Shown here: positions 22,393-32,114 of the stretch, piece by piece
Layout: each line of letters begins with the position of its first letter
Numbering within the stretch: position 1 is the stretch's first letter
Assembly (NCBI GenBank): GCA_043813585.1
Contig: JBDRKW010000020.1
Coordinates: forward strand, 193,185 to 257,184
Reading direction: 5' to 3'
DNA length: 64,000 nucleotides
Origin: Candidatus Kerfeldbacteria bacterium
GTDB taxonomy: Bacteria > Patescibacteriota > Patescibacteriia > UBA9570 > XYC2-FULL-38-9
Made by a program: the position numbers and the translations under genes
The notes under the pieces: model-generated
Told to the model about the DNA's origin: nothing
Databases searched by the model: none
What the model saw: only the letters and a program-made list of their open reading frames with translations

Positions 22393-23085
22393 CTATAAAT
22401 TAATCCCCCGTTTTGAAACAACCTGCTGCTTCTGCCGAACCTTCACGATCGCATCGGAGTTTACCACGCCGCGTATCATTGCCGTCGGATAAACGACAGC
22501 CCGCTTTCCAATCATAGTTCCCGGGTTAAGAACGGCATTCGCTCCTATTTCTGCCTCATCTCCGACAATAGCGCCGAATTTCAGCAGGCCCGTGTCGTAA
22601 TTCTGTTCAATCGTGGTTACTTTTATCTCGGACGGTTCTGCCTTGACGTTTGAAATAACTGCACCGGCTCCCAAATGCGACTTATATCCCAGCACGCTGT
22701 CGCCGACATAATTGAAATGCGCCACGACCGCGCCGTTGAACAGAAGACAGTTCTTCAACTCGGAACAATGTCCGATTGTGCAGCCGTCGCCGACAATGAC
22801 ATTTTCACGTATATACGCCCCGCTTCGAATCTGGCAGTTCTCCCCGATAATGGCCGGTCCTTTTATTACAACGCCCGGTTCAATAACCGTCCCCTTGCCG
22901 ACGATCACCGACTTGCCGACATATGCCGTCTGTTCAACATCGCCGTGCATCTCGCTTCCGTCTTTTAACGCATACTCTATGTATTCATGGAGAATCGGCA
23001 GCACATCCCACGGGAACTGCGCCTCGTCAAACAGCTCTTCGTGGTCTGTTTGCGATAGGTCGAGATATTGTTCTGTTTTTATCAT
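22393..23085 (-). CDS. Hexapeptide-repeat acetyltransferase, GlmU C-terminal-like
   Basis: PWDVL, left-handed beta-helix repeats, HFNYVGDSVLG, KFGAIVGD. Confidence 0.85.
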   Translation of the reverse strand: MIKTEQYLDLSQTDHEELFDEAQFPWDVLPILHEYIEYALKDGSEMHGDVEQTAYVGKSVIVGKGTVIEPGVVIKGPAIIGENCQIRSGAYIRENVIVGDGCTIGHCSELKNCLLFNGAVVAHFNYVGDSVLGYKSHLGAGAVISNVKAEPSEIKVTTIEQNYDTGLLKFGAIVGDEAEIGANAVLNPGTMIGKRAVVYPTAMIRGVVNSDAIVKVRQKQQVVSKRGINL

Positions 23086-23090
23086 AATTT

Positions 23091-24056
23091 CTATTTGAGT
23101 AATTTTGTTTCACCTATCTGATCGACATTTTCGATCTTGCCGGACAGTTTTGTAAATTCCGCCGTTGTGCGGTCAAACGCTGTTTTTGCGTTGGATATGT
23201 GCGTATTCAGCACCCCTAACGTCTCGCCAAACCGCTCTGCGTCTTTCTGGATGCCGCGAATCGCCCCGATAATGTCGCGCGCCGCCTCTGCAATCTGTTT
23301 TTCCTGGATGCCCATCATAAGGATGCGCATGAAATAGTAAAACGAATTCGGCGACGCAAACAGCACCTTTCGGTCCAGCCCGTGCTGGTTAATGTCGATA
23401 TCGCTGCGAATAATCTCATAGTACACCGCTTCCGACGGAACGTACATGACCGCAAAATCAACCGTGCCTTCATCGGGCAAAATATATTTCTTGCTGATGT
23501 CGTTGACGTGCTTCTTCACGTCCTTGATAAAATCGCGCTGGGCAGCGTCCCTCTGTTCGTCGGTCTCCACCTTCACCATCTTTTGGTAGTTCTCCATCGG
23601 AAACTTCGAATCGATGGGAATAATGCCGTTGTCTGTCTTGATTATCGCATCAACCATCTGCCCGTTATTGAACTTGTACTGGAGCGCAAAAAGATGGGTT
23701 GGAAAATACTGGTTTAGCATCTGCTTTAACACCTGCTCGCCGATATTGCCGCGCAGCTTCGGGCTTTTCAAAAAATCCTGCAGTGCCTGCATATTCCTGC
23801 CGATCTCCTGCATCGCGCCCAGCTCTTTGCCGACAGCGCCGATCACCCTCGCAGCGTTGTCCAGCCGCTCATTCAGGCCCCCTGCCACTTTATCCAGCCG
23901 CTCCTGCATTCCCTGAACATTCTGGTTCAACATCTGCATTGATTGCCCGTCATCGCCTGTTTTTTGCCTTCTCATCAATAAAACAAGCGTAATGCTGCTG
24001 ATAATCATCAGCGCGACAACGGCAACGGCCAGGACAATAAGGATAGTATCATTCAT
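23091..24056 (-). CDS. rmuC: DNA recombination protein RmuC
   Basis: N-terminal TM, PKLRGNIGE, IDSKFP, DFAVMYVPSEAVY. Confidence 0.92.
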   Translation of the reverse strand: MNDTILIVLAVAVVALMIISSITLVLLMRRQKTGDDGQSMQMLNQNVQGMQERLDKVAGGLNERLDNAARVIGAVGKELGAMQEIGRNMQALQDFLKSPKLRGNIGEQVLKQMLNQYFPTHLFALQYKFNNGQMVDAIIKTDNGIIPIDSKFPMENYQKMVKVETDEQRDAAQRDFIKDVKKHVNDISKKYILPDEGTVDFAVMYVPSEAVYYEIIRSDIDINQHGLDRKVLFASPNSFYYFMRILMMGIQEKQIAEAARDIIGAIRGIQKDAERFGETLGVLNTHISNAKTAFDRTTAEFTKLSGKIENVDQIGETKLLK

Positions 24057-24076
24057 ATGGGGATAATATCAGATTT

Positions 24077-24937
24077 CTAAGCAACGTGGAATAAATCCTG
24101 AACATTTTTCATTGTCACTGCCGAAACCTCGTCTGTGGTCGTTTTGTGCAGGCGGGCAATCGCATCAGCCACAAAACGGACATACTGCGGTTCATTCCGC
24201 TTACCTCGCACCGGCTGCGACGCCAAATACGGCGCATCTGTTTCAATTAGTATCCTTTCCAGCGGTACGGACCGGACAACATCCTGCACATCCTTGGCAT
24301 TCGGAAACGTTACAATGCCCGTGAATCCAATATAGAGACCGAGCTCTAAAACTGCACTCGCCTCCTCTATTGAACCAGAGAAGCAATGGACAACGCCACG
24401 AATGGCATTCCCTCCGCCATTAATCTCTTTGATGATTCGAATTAAATCAATGTACGCATCTCTGCAGTGAAAAATAACCGGCATGTCATTCAATTGGGCA
24501 AACCGTAAAATCTGCCTAAGTGTATCTTGTTGCAGAGTCTTAAACTCATCAGGCGACATCTCATCAGTCTTATAGTCTTCAAGATGATAATAATCCAGCC
24601 CTGCCTCGCCGATTGCGACAACGCGGTCGTCTTCGATAAACTGCCGAAAAACCGCTTCGTCAAACTTCTCTGCTTTGGTCATGAAATTATATGGCACCCC
24701 GTCAAATTCTTCCTCTTCCTTAATATCCTTGGCCAAATGAATGGGATGGAGCCCGACAGCCGCATACACGCCGTCATCAAACTCATGAGCGAGTTCTATG
24801 GCCCGGCGGCTTGTCGCTGCATTCGTGCCGACGTTAATAATGCCAATATCCCGGCTCAATGACGAATTTGCGACCTCTTTCCAGTCGTTATCGTACGCCC
24901 TAAAATTCAGGTGGCAATGCGCGTCAAACAGCTTCAT
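24077..24937 (-). CDS. tatD: TatD-family nuclease
   Basis: DAHCHL, GLHP, IGEAGLDY, HCRDA, HCFSG, ETDAPYL. Confidence 0.95.
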   Translation of the reverse strand: MKLFDAHCHLNFRAYDNDWKEVANSSLSRDIGIINVGTNAATSRRAIELAHEFDDGVYAAVGLHPIHLAKDIKEEEEFDGVPYNFMTKAEKFDEAVFRQFIEDDRVVAIGEAGLDYYHLEDYKTDEMSPDEFKTLQQDTLRQILRFAQLNDMPVIFHCRDAYIDLIRIIKEINGGGNAIRGVVHCFSGSIEEASAVLELGLYIGFTGIVTFPNAKDVQDVVRSVPLERILIETDAPYLASQPVRGKRNEPQYVRFVADAIARLHKTTTDEVSAVTMKNVQDLFHVA

Positions 24938-25428
24938 CGTTGAATGTAATCCTCCAGCGAGTCGGATAAAAATGGAACATAAAACACAGACAGCGTCAGC
25001 AGGCTGCGTGAAGCGCCCGACTCCAGAATATATTCTGATGCGCGTCCGCCGTCAGAATGCGCATCCACGACAAACAATCCGGCACTGATGATAAAGCAGC
25101 TGATAATAACACTCAAGATGCCGCCCAGCAGCCTGTTAAACGTCTTCAGAAACGGAATAATCGCGATAATCTTGAACATTTTATTTGCTATCCATCCCAC
25201 AAGCCCGAACAGGTTTGCAATAAACATCAGAATGGCGATAAACACAATCGCCGTTTGGATCGGGCTCCCCCCAAACCATTCAGCCACTGTCGGCGTCCAT
25301 GTGCTCGCAAACCACAAACCCACAAAAAAACCAATCAGCGTTGCGACTTCATACACGAAACCCGCCTTTACTCCGGAAATGAGCGACGTCGCGAGCCAGA
25401 CAATGATAATGATATCGAGCCAATTCAT
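24934..25428 (-). CDS. cvpA: CvpA (colicin V production) family membrane protein
   Basis: MNWLDIII, G.KAGFV.E, NRLLGG; ATG at 25428. Confidence 0.85.
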   Translation of the reverse strand: MNWLDIIIIVWLATSLISGVKAGFVYEVATLIGFFVGLWFASTWTPTVAEWFGGSPIQTAIVFIAILMFIANLFGLVGWIANKMFKIIAIIPFLKTFNRLLGGILSVIISCFIISAGLFVVDAHSDGGRASEYILESGASRSLLTLSVFYVPFLSDSLEDYIQR

Positions 25429-25429
25429 G

Positions 25430-26890
25430 TTATTGGTTCTCCCCTTCTTCAAGCCGCGGAAACAGCGGCTGAGACTTTACGATCTTATCTTCACCAAGGA
25501 TAGAGCTCATGGTTTCTGCCGTTTCCGGCATGAACGGGATGAGCCATTCAGAAATAAGATTCAAGCTGTACAACAAATGCTGCAGTACGGTTCGCAGATG
25601 CTCTGTGTCGCTTTTCACCAATTCCCATGGCTTATTCTGTTCAATGTATTCGTTTGACTCATCAACAACGCTCCACACGGCGTCTAATGCGTGATGGAAT
25701 TGGTACGATGTCATTGCCTTATGATACTGCTCTGACTGCGCATCGCCATATCCTTCCTCCCGCGGCAACGCTTCCAGCGTACCATCAAAATATTTCTCTA
25801 CCATGTTCGTTACACGTGACAACAGATTGCCCAGTCCGTTTGCCAGGTCGGCCGAATACCGTTCTTTCAGCCGGGTATACGAAAAATCACCGTCATGCGC
25901 GTATGAAATTTCGCGCATGAAAAAATAACGGGTCTGATCTGCGCCGTAGGCATCGACTATCTCCACCGGATTAACAACATTTCCGATCGTTTTGCTCATT
26001 TTCTCGCCGCTGATGGTGATAAAGCCGTGCACCGCGCATTGCTGCGGCGGTTCAATGCCTGCCGCCATGCACATTGCGGGCCAAATCACGGAATGGAACC
26101 GATTCACATCCTTGCCGAGCATATGCACATCTGCGGGCCACCATTTTTCAAACGTCTGCTCGTCGTCCGGAAACCCCAGTGCGGTAATATAGTTTATCAG
26201 CGCTTCAAACCAGACATACATCACCTGCGTATCGTCCCCGGGAACGGCAACGCCCCAGGATAATTTCTCCTTTTCGCGCGAGATGGAAATATCATCCAGC
26301 CCGTCCTTCACCAGGTTTACAATCTCATTCTTTTTTGACGAGGGCACGATAAATTCCGGATGCTTTTCATAATACTCCAGCAGGCGGTTCTGATACCGCG
26401 ATAACCGGAAAAAATAGTTCTCTTCGCGAATGCGCTCCGGTTCCTTTTTGTGCGCCTGACACCTGCCGTCAACAAGCTCTTTCTCGGTTTTGAACGCCTC
26501 GCAGCCGACGCAATACAGCCCTTCATAGCTGTCCTTCTCAATATCTCCGGAATCCATGGCCTGTTCCCAGAACGCCTGCGCCGCTTTCATGTGCCGCTCT
26601 TCGGTCGTACGCACGAAATCGTCATACGAACAATTCAGCTTTGACAGCAGCAACTTAAACGTATCTACCATCTCATCCACGTGTTCCTGCGGAGTGACTC
26701 CCTTTTCGGCGGCCACGCGGACATTTTTCTGCCCATGTTCATCCGTTCCGGTGACAAATTTCGTCTCCACTCCTTTTTGCCTCCAATACCGAGCCAGCAC
26801 ATCAGCGCAAATATATTCATACGCATGCCCGATATGCGGCTCTGCGTTGACATACGGGATGGTTGTCGTGATATAAAACTGTTCTTTCAT
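25430..26890 (-). CDS. metG: Methionyl-tRNA synthetase (short form)
   Basis: PYVNAEPHIGH, GTDEHG, YVWFEAL, KMSKT. Confidence 0.96.
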   Translation of the reverse strand: MKEQFYITTTIPYVNAEPHIGHAYEYICADVLARYWRQKGVETKFVTGTDEHGQKNVRVAAEKGVTPQEHVDEMVDTFKLLLSKLNCSYDDFVRTTEERHMKAAQAFWEQAMDSGDIEKDSYEGLYCVGCEAFKTEKELVDGRCQAHKKEPERIREENYFFRLSRYQNRLLEYYEKHPEFIVPSSKKNEIVNLVKDGLDDISISREKEKLSWGVAVPGDDTQVMYVWFEALINYITALGFPDDEQTFEKWWPADVHMLGKDVNRFHSVIWPAMCMAAGIEPPQQCAVHGFITISGEKMSKTIGNVVNPVEIVDAYGADQTRYFFMREISYAHDGDFSYTRLKERYSADLANGLGNLLSRVTNMVEKYFDGTLEALPREEGYGDAQSEQYHKAMTSYQFHHALDAVWSVVDESNEYIEQNKPWELVKSDTEHLRTVLQHLLYSLNLISEWLIPFMPETAETMSSILGEDKIVKSQPLFPRLEEGENQ

Positions 26891-26899
26891 TGCAGTCAG

Positions 26900-27991
26900 T
26901 TACTGGTTTATCTCCCCGGTTGTCGGCTCCAGCGACACATCCCGTTTTTTCTTCTCCAGGAAGATATCCTCAATAAAGATCCATGCAATCGTGGCTGCAG
27001 GAACAGCCAGCAATACGCCGACAATGCCGGCAATGCTTGCGCCTACCAGCATGACGGAAAGGACAACGATCGGGTTCAGTCCGACAACACGCTGCATGAT
27101 CTTCGGAACGATGACCTGGTTTTCCAGCTGCTGCAGGACCGTGTAGAAAATAATCACACCAAGCGCCTTCCAAGGCGAATCGGTATAAGCAAAGAATACA
27201 GCAGGTACTGCCGCAATAATCGGACCGAGGAACGGAACAAATTCCGCCAACCCGGCAACGCAGGCAAGAACAAGCGCATACGGTACCTGAAGAATAAACA
27301 GCCCAATAAAACTCAAAACGCCGATGATCAGCATGAGGATGAGCTGCCCGCGCAGCCATGATCCCATCTTCTTCTGAATGCGGTTCACCTTTTGCACAAG
27401 ATAGGGTTGGTATTCAACCGGAGCAACAGAGCGGATGAATTTTTTCACGCCTTCTTCATCGATTGTCATGTAAAACGTGATCACCAGGACAATAAACAGC
27501 GTTGCGATCCCGCCGAAAATATTTGCCACCGCTGAAAAGACTCCGCTGGTCAGATTGGTCAGTGATGACGAGAACGAAGTAATGCTTCGCTGGATTTCAT
27601 TCAACACAGAGGCATCTGGGGTCTGCGTAATGCTTTGGTAAAACGCATCAAGTTCCGGCGCGTAATCGCGCAACGATGCTGCCAAGTCGGTAATTTGGTT
27701 GATAAACGGCGGGATAAGGATATAAACGACAGCTCCGACCACTACTAATATAAGCGTGTACATCAGTAAAATGCTCAGTCCGCGCGGTATGCGGTACCGC
27801 TGCAGCCAATCCACCCACGGATCCAGCGCAGAAGCCAGTACAAGAGCGACAAAGAGAATGCCGACGATATCCCTGATAAACCAGATGAATGCCAGCCCTG
27901 CCAATATAGCCACAATTTTTATAACCGTGGAAGCAGATATAGTAACCCGTAATACCTCTTCATTATTCTTTTTTTCTTTGCGTAGAGCCAT
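26900..27991 (-). CDS. AI-2E family transporter
   Basis: WLRGQL, FVPFLGP, QQLENQVIVPKIM, GLNP, GVLLAVP. Confidence 0.92.
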   Translation of the reverse strand: MALRKEKKNNEEVLRVTISASTVIKIVAILAGLAFIWFIRDIVGILFVALVLASALDPWVDWLQRYRIPRGLSILLMYTLILVVVGAVVYILIPPFINQITDLAASLRDYAPELDAFYQSITQTPDASVLNEIQRSITSFSSSLTNLTSGVFSAVANIFGGIATLFIVLVITFYMTIDEEGVKKFIRSVAPVEYQPYLVQKVNRIQKKMGSWLRGQLILMLIIGVLSFIGLFILQVPYALVLACVAGLAEFVPFLGPIIAAVPAVFFAYTDSPWKALGVIIFYTVLQQLENQVIVPKIMQRVVGLNPIVVLSVMLVGASIAGIVGVLLAVPAATIAWIFIEDIFLEKKKRDVSLEPTTGEINQ

Positions 27992-27992
27992 A

Positions 27993-29267
27993 TTAGAATT
28001 GCAAATGATTTTTAAACGATTGCTCCTGACGCTTTGTATACGGCCCGATCACGGCCATATTTGCGTTGGACGGAACGAATAGTTGTTTTGCATAGCGCTG
28101 CAGCTGTGCAACAGTGACTGCCTGCACCTCTTTCATGTATTCACGCGGCGACTGCAGCTCCGGGTAAAACAGCGACTGCCTTCCCCACCACGCCGCTACG
28201 TTCTCGGAATCTTCCAAACGTAGGCTCATCTTCCCGCGGATGAACTCTTTTGCCTGTTTCAGCTCCTCTTCAGTGGCGCCATTCTCCGCAAGATCCTTCA
28301 GCTCGCTTACAATTGCGCTGATGGCCTGGTGGATTCGCCGGGTATCAAAACCCGCCTGGATGGTAAACGCACCGCATTGCTCATACGGCGATATGGACGA
28401 ACGGATGTAATAACACAATCCTTTTCGCTCGCGTACGTTGATAAACAGGCGCGAACTCATGTTGCCGCCGAGAATGGTCGAAAGCATATCGGCCACAGAC
28501 CGATTTTTTGCGACATACGAAGGTCCCGGGAATGACAACGCCAGATGCGACTGCGCAGTTTGCTTCTTCTGCAAATGCAGGCGCGGGCTTCGCTGCGTAT
28601 GTCTGAATATCTTCGCCTTTGGAGTGCGCCCACCGGATTGCAAAGGCTGCGCAAACATCGTTTTAATCACATAGTAGCTGTCTTTGGGGACATTTCCGGT
28701 CAGCACAATGATCATATTATCTGTTCGATAATGCGTCTCCCGATACGCAAGAATGGTATTGCGGGTAACTGTTTCGATATTTTTTTTGGTCCCGATAATC
28801 CTGTATCCCAGCGGATGGCTTGCGCTGAACAGCAGCTGCTCGGACAGCTCTTCGGAAATTGCCATTGGGCTGTCCTCATACATGTTCATCTCCTCAATGA
28901 TCACGCCCCGCTCGCGGTCAATCTCCGTCTGCTCAAACAGCGGATGGAACAGAATATCCTCAAGAATATCAAGCGCCAGCAGCGTATGGCGTTTCGCAAC
29001 CTTCACATAGTAGCCGGTGAAATCCTTGCTCGTGAACGCATTAAAATCCGCGCCCACGCCGTCAAGCTCCTTTGAAATATCCAGCGTTGTAGGACGCTTA
29101 TCCGTTCCCTTGAAAAAGAGATGCTCAAGAAAATGAGAGATGCCGTTGATGGTTTTTGTCTCGTAGCGTGAACCAACCTTGAATAACACCAACGCGGTGA
29201 CCACGTCCGTTCCTTCCAGCCGGTCGACAATGACCGGTATTCCGTTCGGCAATGTGTATTGTTTCAT
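27993..29267 (-). CDS. M16 family zinc peptidase
   Basis: Inverted zinc motif HFLEH, NAFTS, SSRLF..VRERKGL. Confidence 0.93.
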   Translation of the reverse strand: MKQYTLPNGIPVIVDRLEGTDVVTALVLFKVGSRYETKTINGISHFLEHLFFKGTDKRPTTLDISKELDGVGADFNAFTSKDFTGYYVKVAKRHTLLALDILEDILFHPLFEQTEIDRERGVIIEEMNMYEDSPMAISEELSEQLLFSASHPLGYRIIGTKKNIETVTRNTILAYRETHYRTDNMIIVLTGNVPKDSYYVIKTMFAQPLQSGGRTPKAKIFRHTQRSPRLHLQKKQTAQSHLALSFPGPSYVAKNRSVADMLSTILGGNMSSRLFINVRERKGLCYYIRSSISPYEQCGAFTIQAGFDTRRIHQAISAIVSELKDLAENGATEEELKQAKEFIRGKMSLRLEDSENVAAWWGRQSLFYPELQSPREYMKEVQAVTVAQLQRYAKQLFVPSNANMAVIGPYTKRQEQSFKNHLQF

Positions 29268-30658
29268 TATTGTGTGAACTGTTCCCTGAAAAAATCCTGC
29301 AGCTTGTCGATGGCGATCCGTTCCTGCTTCATCGTGTCCCTGTCGCGCACAGTTACCGCTCCGTCCTCAAGCGTTTCAAAATCAACAGTAGCGCAAAACG
29401 GGGTGCCGATTTCATCCTGGCGGCGGTAGCGCTTGCCGATATTCCCGTTATCATCAAACTCGCACATGTAGTCCCCCTTTAAGCCATCGAATACCTCCTG
29501 CGCTTTCGCCACCAGCTCCGGCTTATTGCGCAGCAGCGGGAACACGGCAATCTTCACCGGCGCCAATGCCCGCGGCAGCTTTAACACCATGCGGGAACCT
29601 TCGTCCACTTTCTCTTCCGTATACGCATCTGAAAGCACCGACAATAAAACCCGTCCTACACCCGACGAGGCCTCTACAATATGCGGAACATAGGTTTCAT
29701 TCGTCTTCGGGTCCGTATAGTCAAGCTTTTCACCGCTGTGCTTGCTGTGCTGCGTCAGGTCATAATCTCCGCGCGCATGGAGGCCTTCCAGCTCGCTCCA
29801 GCCGAACGGAAACTTGTATTCAATGTCATAGGCCTCTTTCGCGTAAAACACCAGGTTCTCATGCTTCTTCCACTGCAAATTTTCCCTTTTGATTCCCAGG
29901 TTCTCATACCATTTCATCCGATACTCGCGCAGCTTCTCATATTCATCCATTTCCGCGTCCGGAGACACAAAATACTGCATCTCCATCTGCTCAAACTCGC
30001 GCGTCCTGAAAATAAACTGCCGCGCGGTGATCTCGTTTCTGAACGCTTTGCCGATTTGGGCGATACCAAACGGTATTCGCACCCGCGTTGAATCAACGAC
30101 ATTCTTGTAATTAACGTAAATGCCCTGGCATGTCTCGCCGCGCAAATAGACCGGGTCCTTGCTCCAGTCGCCGGTGAAGTTGCCGAGGTTCGTCTGCACA
30201 AGCAGGTTGAACTTGCGAACATCCGTAAAATTCGAATTTCCGCATTTCGGGCACTTGACCTTCTCTTTCTGCTCCTGAAAAATCTTGTTTATCTCTCCCT
30301 GGCTCATCTTTTCATCCGCCTGCACGCCGATCTCGTCCAATAAATGATCCACGCGATGCCGCGTATGGCACTCTTTGCACTCAACTAGAGGATCGGAAAA
30401 ACCGGCTACATGTCCGCTCGCTTCCCATATTTTCGGATGCATAATAATGCTTGAATCAAGCCCGACAATATTTTCGCGCAATTGCACCATGGATTTCCAC
30501 CATTCGCGCTTAATCGCGTTTGCCAGCTCAACCCCGTACGGTCCGTAGTCATAAATTGCGGCAAAACCGCCGTATATTTCTGATGAAGGGAAGATAAAAC
30601 CACGCCTCTTCGCAAGCGAAATGATTTCCTCCATGGATACTTCTGTTTGTTTGGCCAT
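29267..30658 (-). CDS. glyQS: Glycyl-tRNA synthetase, alpha2 type
   Basis: KRRGF, YLRGETCQG, GKAFRNEI, FRTREFEQME, IGKRYRRQDEIGTPF. Confidence 0.95.
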   Translation of the reverse strand: MAKQTEVSMEEIISLAKRRGFIFPSSEIYGGFAAIYDYGPYGVELANAIKREWWKSMVQLRENIVGLDSSIIMHPKIWEASGHVAGFSDPLVECKECHTRHRVDHLLDEIGVQADEKMSQGEINKIFQEQKEKVKCPKCGNSNFTDVRKFNLLVQTNLGNFTGDWSKDPVYLRGETCQGIYVNYKNVVDSTRVRIPFGIAQIGKAFRNEITARQFIFRTREFEQMEMQYFVSPDAEMDEYEKLREYRMKWYENLGIKRENLQWKKHENLVFYAKEAYDIEYKFPFGWSELEGLHARGDYDLTQHSKHSGEKLDYTDPKTNETYVPHIVEASSGVGRVLLSVLSDAYTEEKVDEGSRMVLKLPRALAPVKIAVFPLLRNKPELVAKAQEVFDGLKGDYMCEFDDNGNIGKRYRRQDEIGTPFCATVDFETLEDGAVTVRDRDTMKQERIAIDKLQDFFREQFTQ

Positions 30659-30685
30659 AATCAAAAAAGGGGTAATAACCCCGAG

Positions 30686-30714
30686 AATATACCACTTTTT
30701 GCGGATATTGCCAA
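30686..30714 (-). promoter_or_regulatory. Sigma70 promoter of the glyQS operon
   Basis: TTGGCA-17 nt-TATATT with TGn extension. Confidence 0.6.
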
Positions 30715-30717
30715 GAG

Positions 30718-31392
30718 CTACCGGACGGCCAATCCCAGCGATAAACCGCGTAAATTTTCAGAAAAACCGCAGACTTTCCATGGTGATTGTTCAGACGCAC
30801 GCACCATGCGGACACGCACCATTCCCGGAACCCTAATAAATGGGTCCTCTCGATGGTAAAGATGCGGCGACAGCCGCTTGTCCCCGCTCCGTTCGAAATA
30901 GTAGTCGAACAAACCGTCAATCTGCACCACAATCTCGTTTGAACTGATAATATGCACAATTTGCGCGTGATAGGCCTCGTTATGGTGAAATGCGAAGACA
31001 AATGCATATCCCCGGTCAATGAACACCTGGTACTGCATCATCTCCGCTTCCAGCGCTTTGCGCAGAGTCGGTTCATACATTGAATTCTCCGCAATCATTC
31101 CCCGTGAAAGGTCTTGGAGCACGCCGATAAGCAAACCCACCGAATTGTGCAGAATAGGGTCGTCCTCCTCTTCAGACGGAGACATTGGCGAATACCGGTA
31201 CGCCTTTGGATGCACCGCTACTATAAAAAGCCCGACAATGGCAACAATGACCGGAAAAATAAATAACGCCGGTACGATATAAAGAGAGACATCATTCGTA
31301 ACATCTTCAAACTGCAGCTGATGATAAAACAAAATCACTGCAATAGCAGCCAACGATACAATCGAAACGATGATGACGAATAATGACTTCAT
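30718..31392 (-). CDS. Hypothetical membrane-anchored protein (two N-terminal TM)
   Basis: Overlaps the upstream stop by 4 nt; soluble C-terminal domain possibly Tim44/NTF2-like (weak). Confidence 0.6.
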   Translation of the reverse strand: MKSLFVIIVSIVSLAAIAVILFYHQLQFEDVTNDVSLYIVPALFIFPVIVAIVGLFIVAVHPKAYRYSPMSPSEEEDDPILHNSVGLLIGVLQDLSRGMIAENSMYEPTLRKALEAEMMQYQVFIDRGYAFVFAFHHNEAYHAQIVHIISSNEIVVQIDGLFDYYFERSGDKRLSPHLYHREDPFIRVPGMVRVRMVRASEQSPWKVCGFSENLRGLSLGLAVR

Positions 31393-32111
31393 ATGTTGAA
31401 AATCAATGCTGCAATGCGTCCGACTGCATAGCCAATAGCGGCGGCGAATGTGGAAATAACAAGCATTTCAAGACCGCTGCGCAATCGGTTGACATTGACG
31501 ATCTTGCCTTTCGTATACCCGATAACAAATAACACCGCTACGGAAAAAATCACCGATACCGCAATCGCATACTGTATGGGCAGGAAAAAATAGGCAGAGA
31601 GCGGAACAAGCCCTCCAATGACATAGGACAATAGCATGAATAACGATTTTCCAAGCTCCATTTTATCCGCTTTTGGTATTGCCTGTATCTCATTGTCGGT
31701 CAATTCATTCACCCAAAGGTCAACATTCTGCGTTACCCGGGCTACCAGAATGTCAATTTCATTTTCTGTAAATCCCCTGCTCTTATATACTGCCGCCAAC
31801 TCCTTTGTCGCCGCTTCGGGATTCTGCTTGATCTCTTGCCGTTCTTCTTCAAAAATTCTTTTTACTCCTTCGCGTTCCGCTTTGGACGATAAAAAGGTCC
31901 CAGCCGCCATGGAAAGGGATTCAACAAAAATGATTACGATGCCCGACAAGATGACGATCTTATCATCCAGCACGCCGCCCGCAATGCCGGTAATGGCGCC
32001 GAGCGTTGAGACAACCCCGTCTTCCAACCCGAATACAATCTCTCGCATTGATGAAAACATCTTTCCGACAATGCTACCCTGCTTTTTGATCTCATGATGC
32101 AAATATTTCAT
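31389..32111 (-). CDS. VIT1/CCC1 family Fe/Mn transporter
   Basis: REIVFGLEDGVVS, SMAAGTFLS, SYVIGGLVPL. Confidence 0.92.
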   Translation of the reverse strand: MKYLHHEIKKQGSIVGKMFSSMREIVFGLEDGVVSTLGAITGIAGGVLDDKIVILSGIVIIFVESLSMAAGTFLSSKAEREGVKRIFEEERQEIKQNPEAATKELAAVYKSRGFTENEIDILVARVTQNVDLWVNELTDNEIQAIPKADKMELGKSLFMLLSYVIGGLVPLSAYFFLPIQYAIAVSVIFSVAVLFVIGYTKGKIVNVNRLRSGLEMLVISTFAAAIGYAVGRIAALIFNI

Positions 32112-32114
32112 ATC

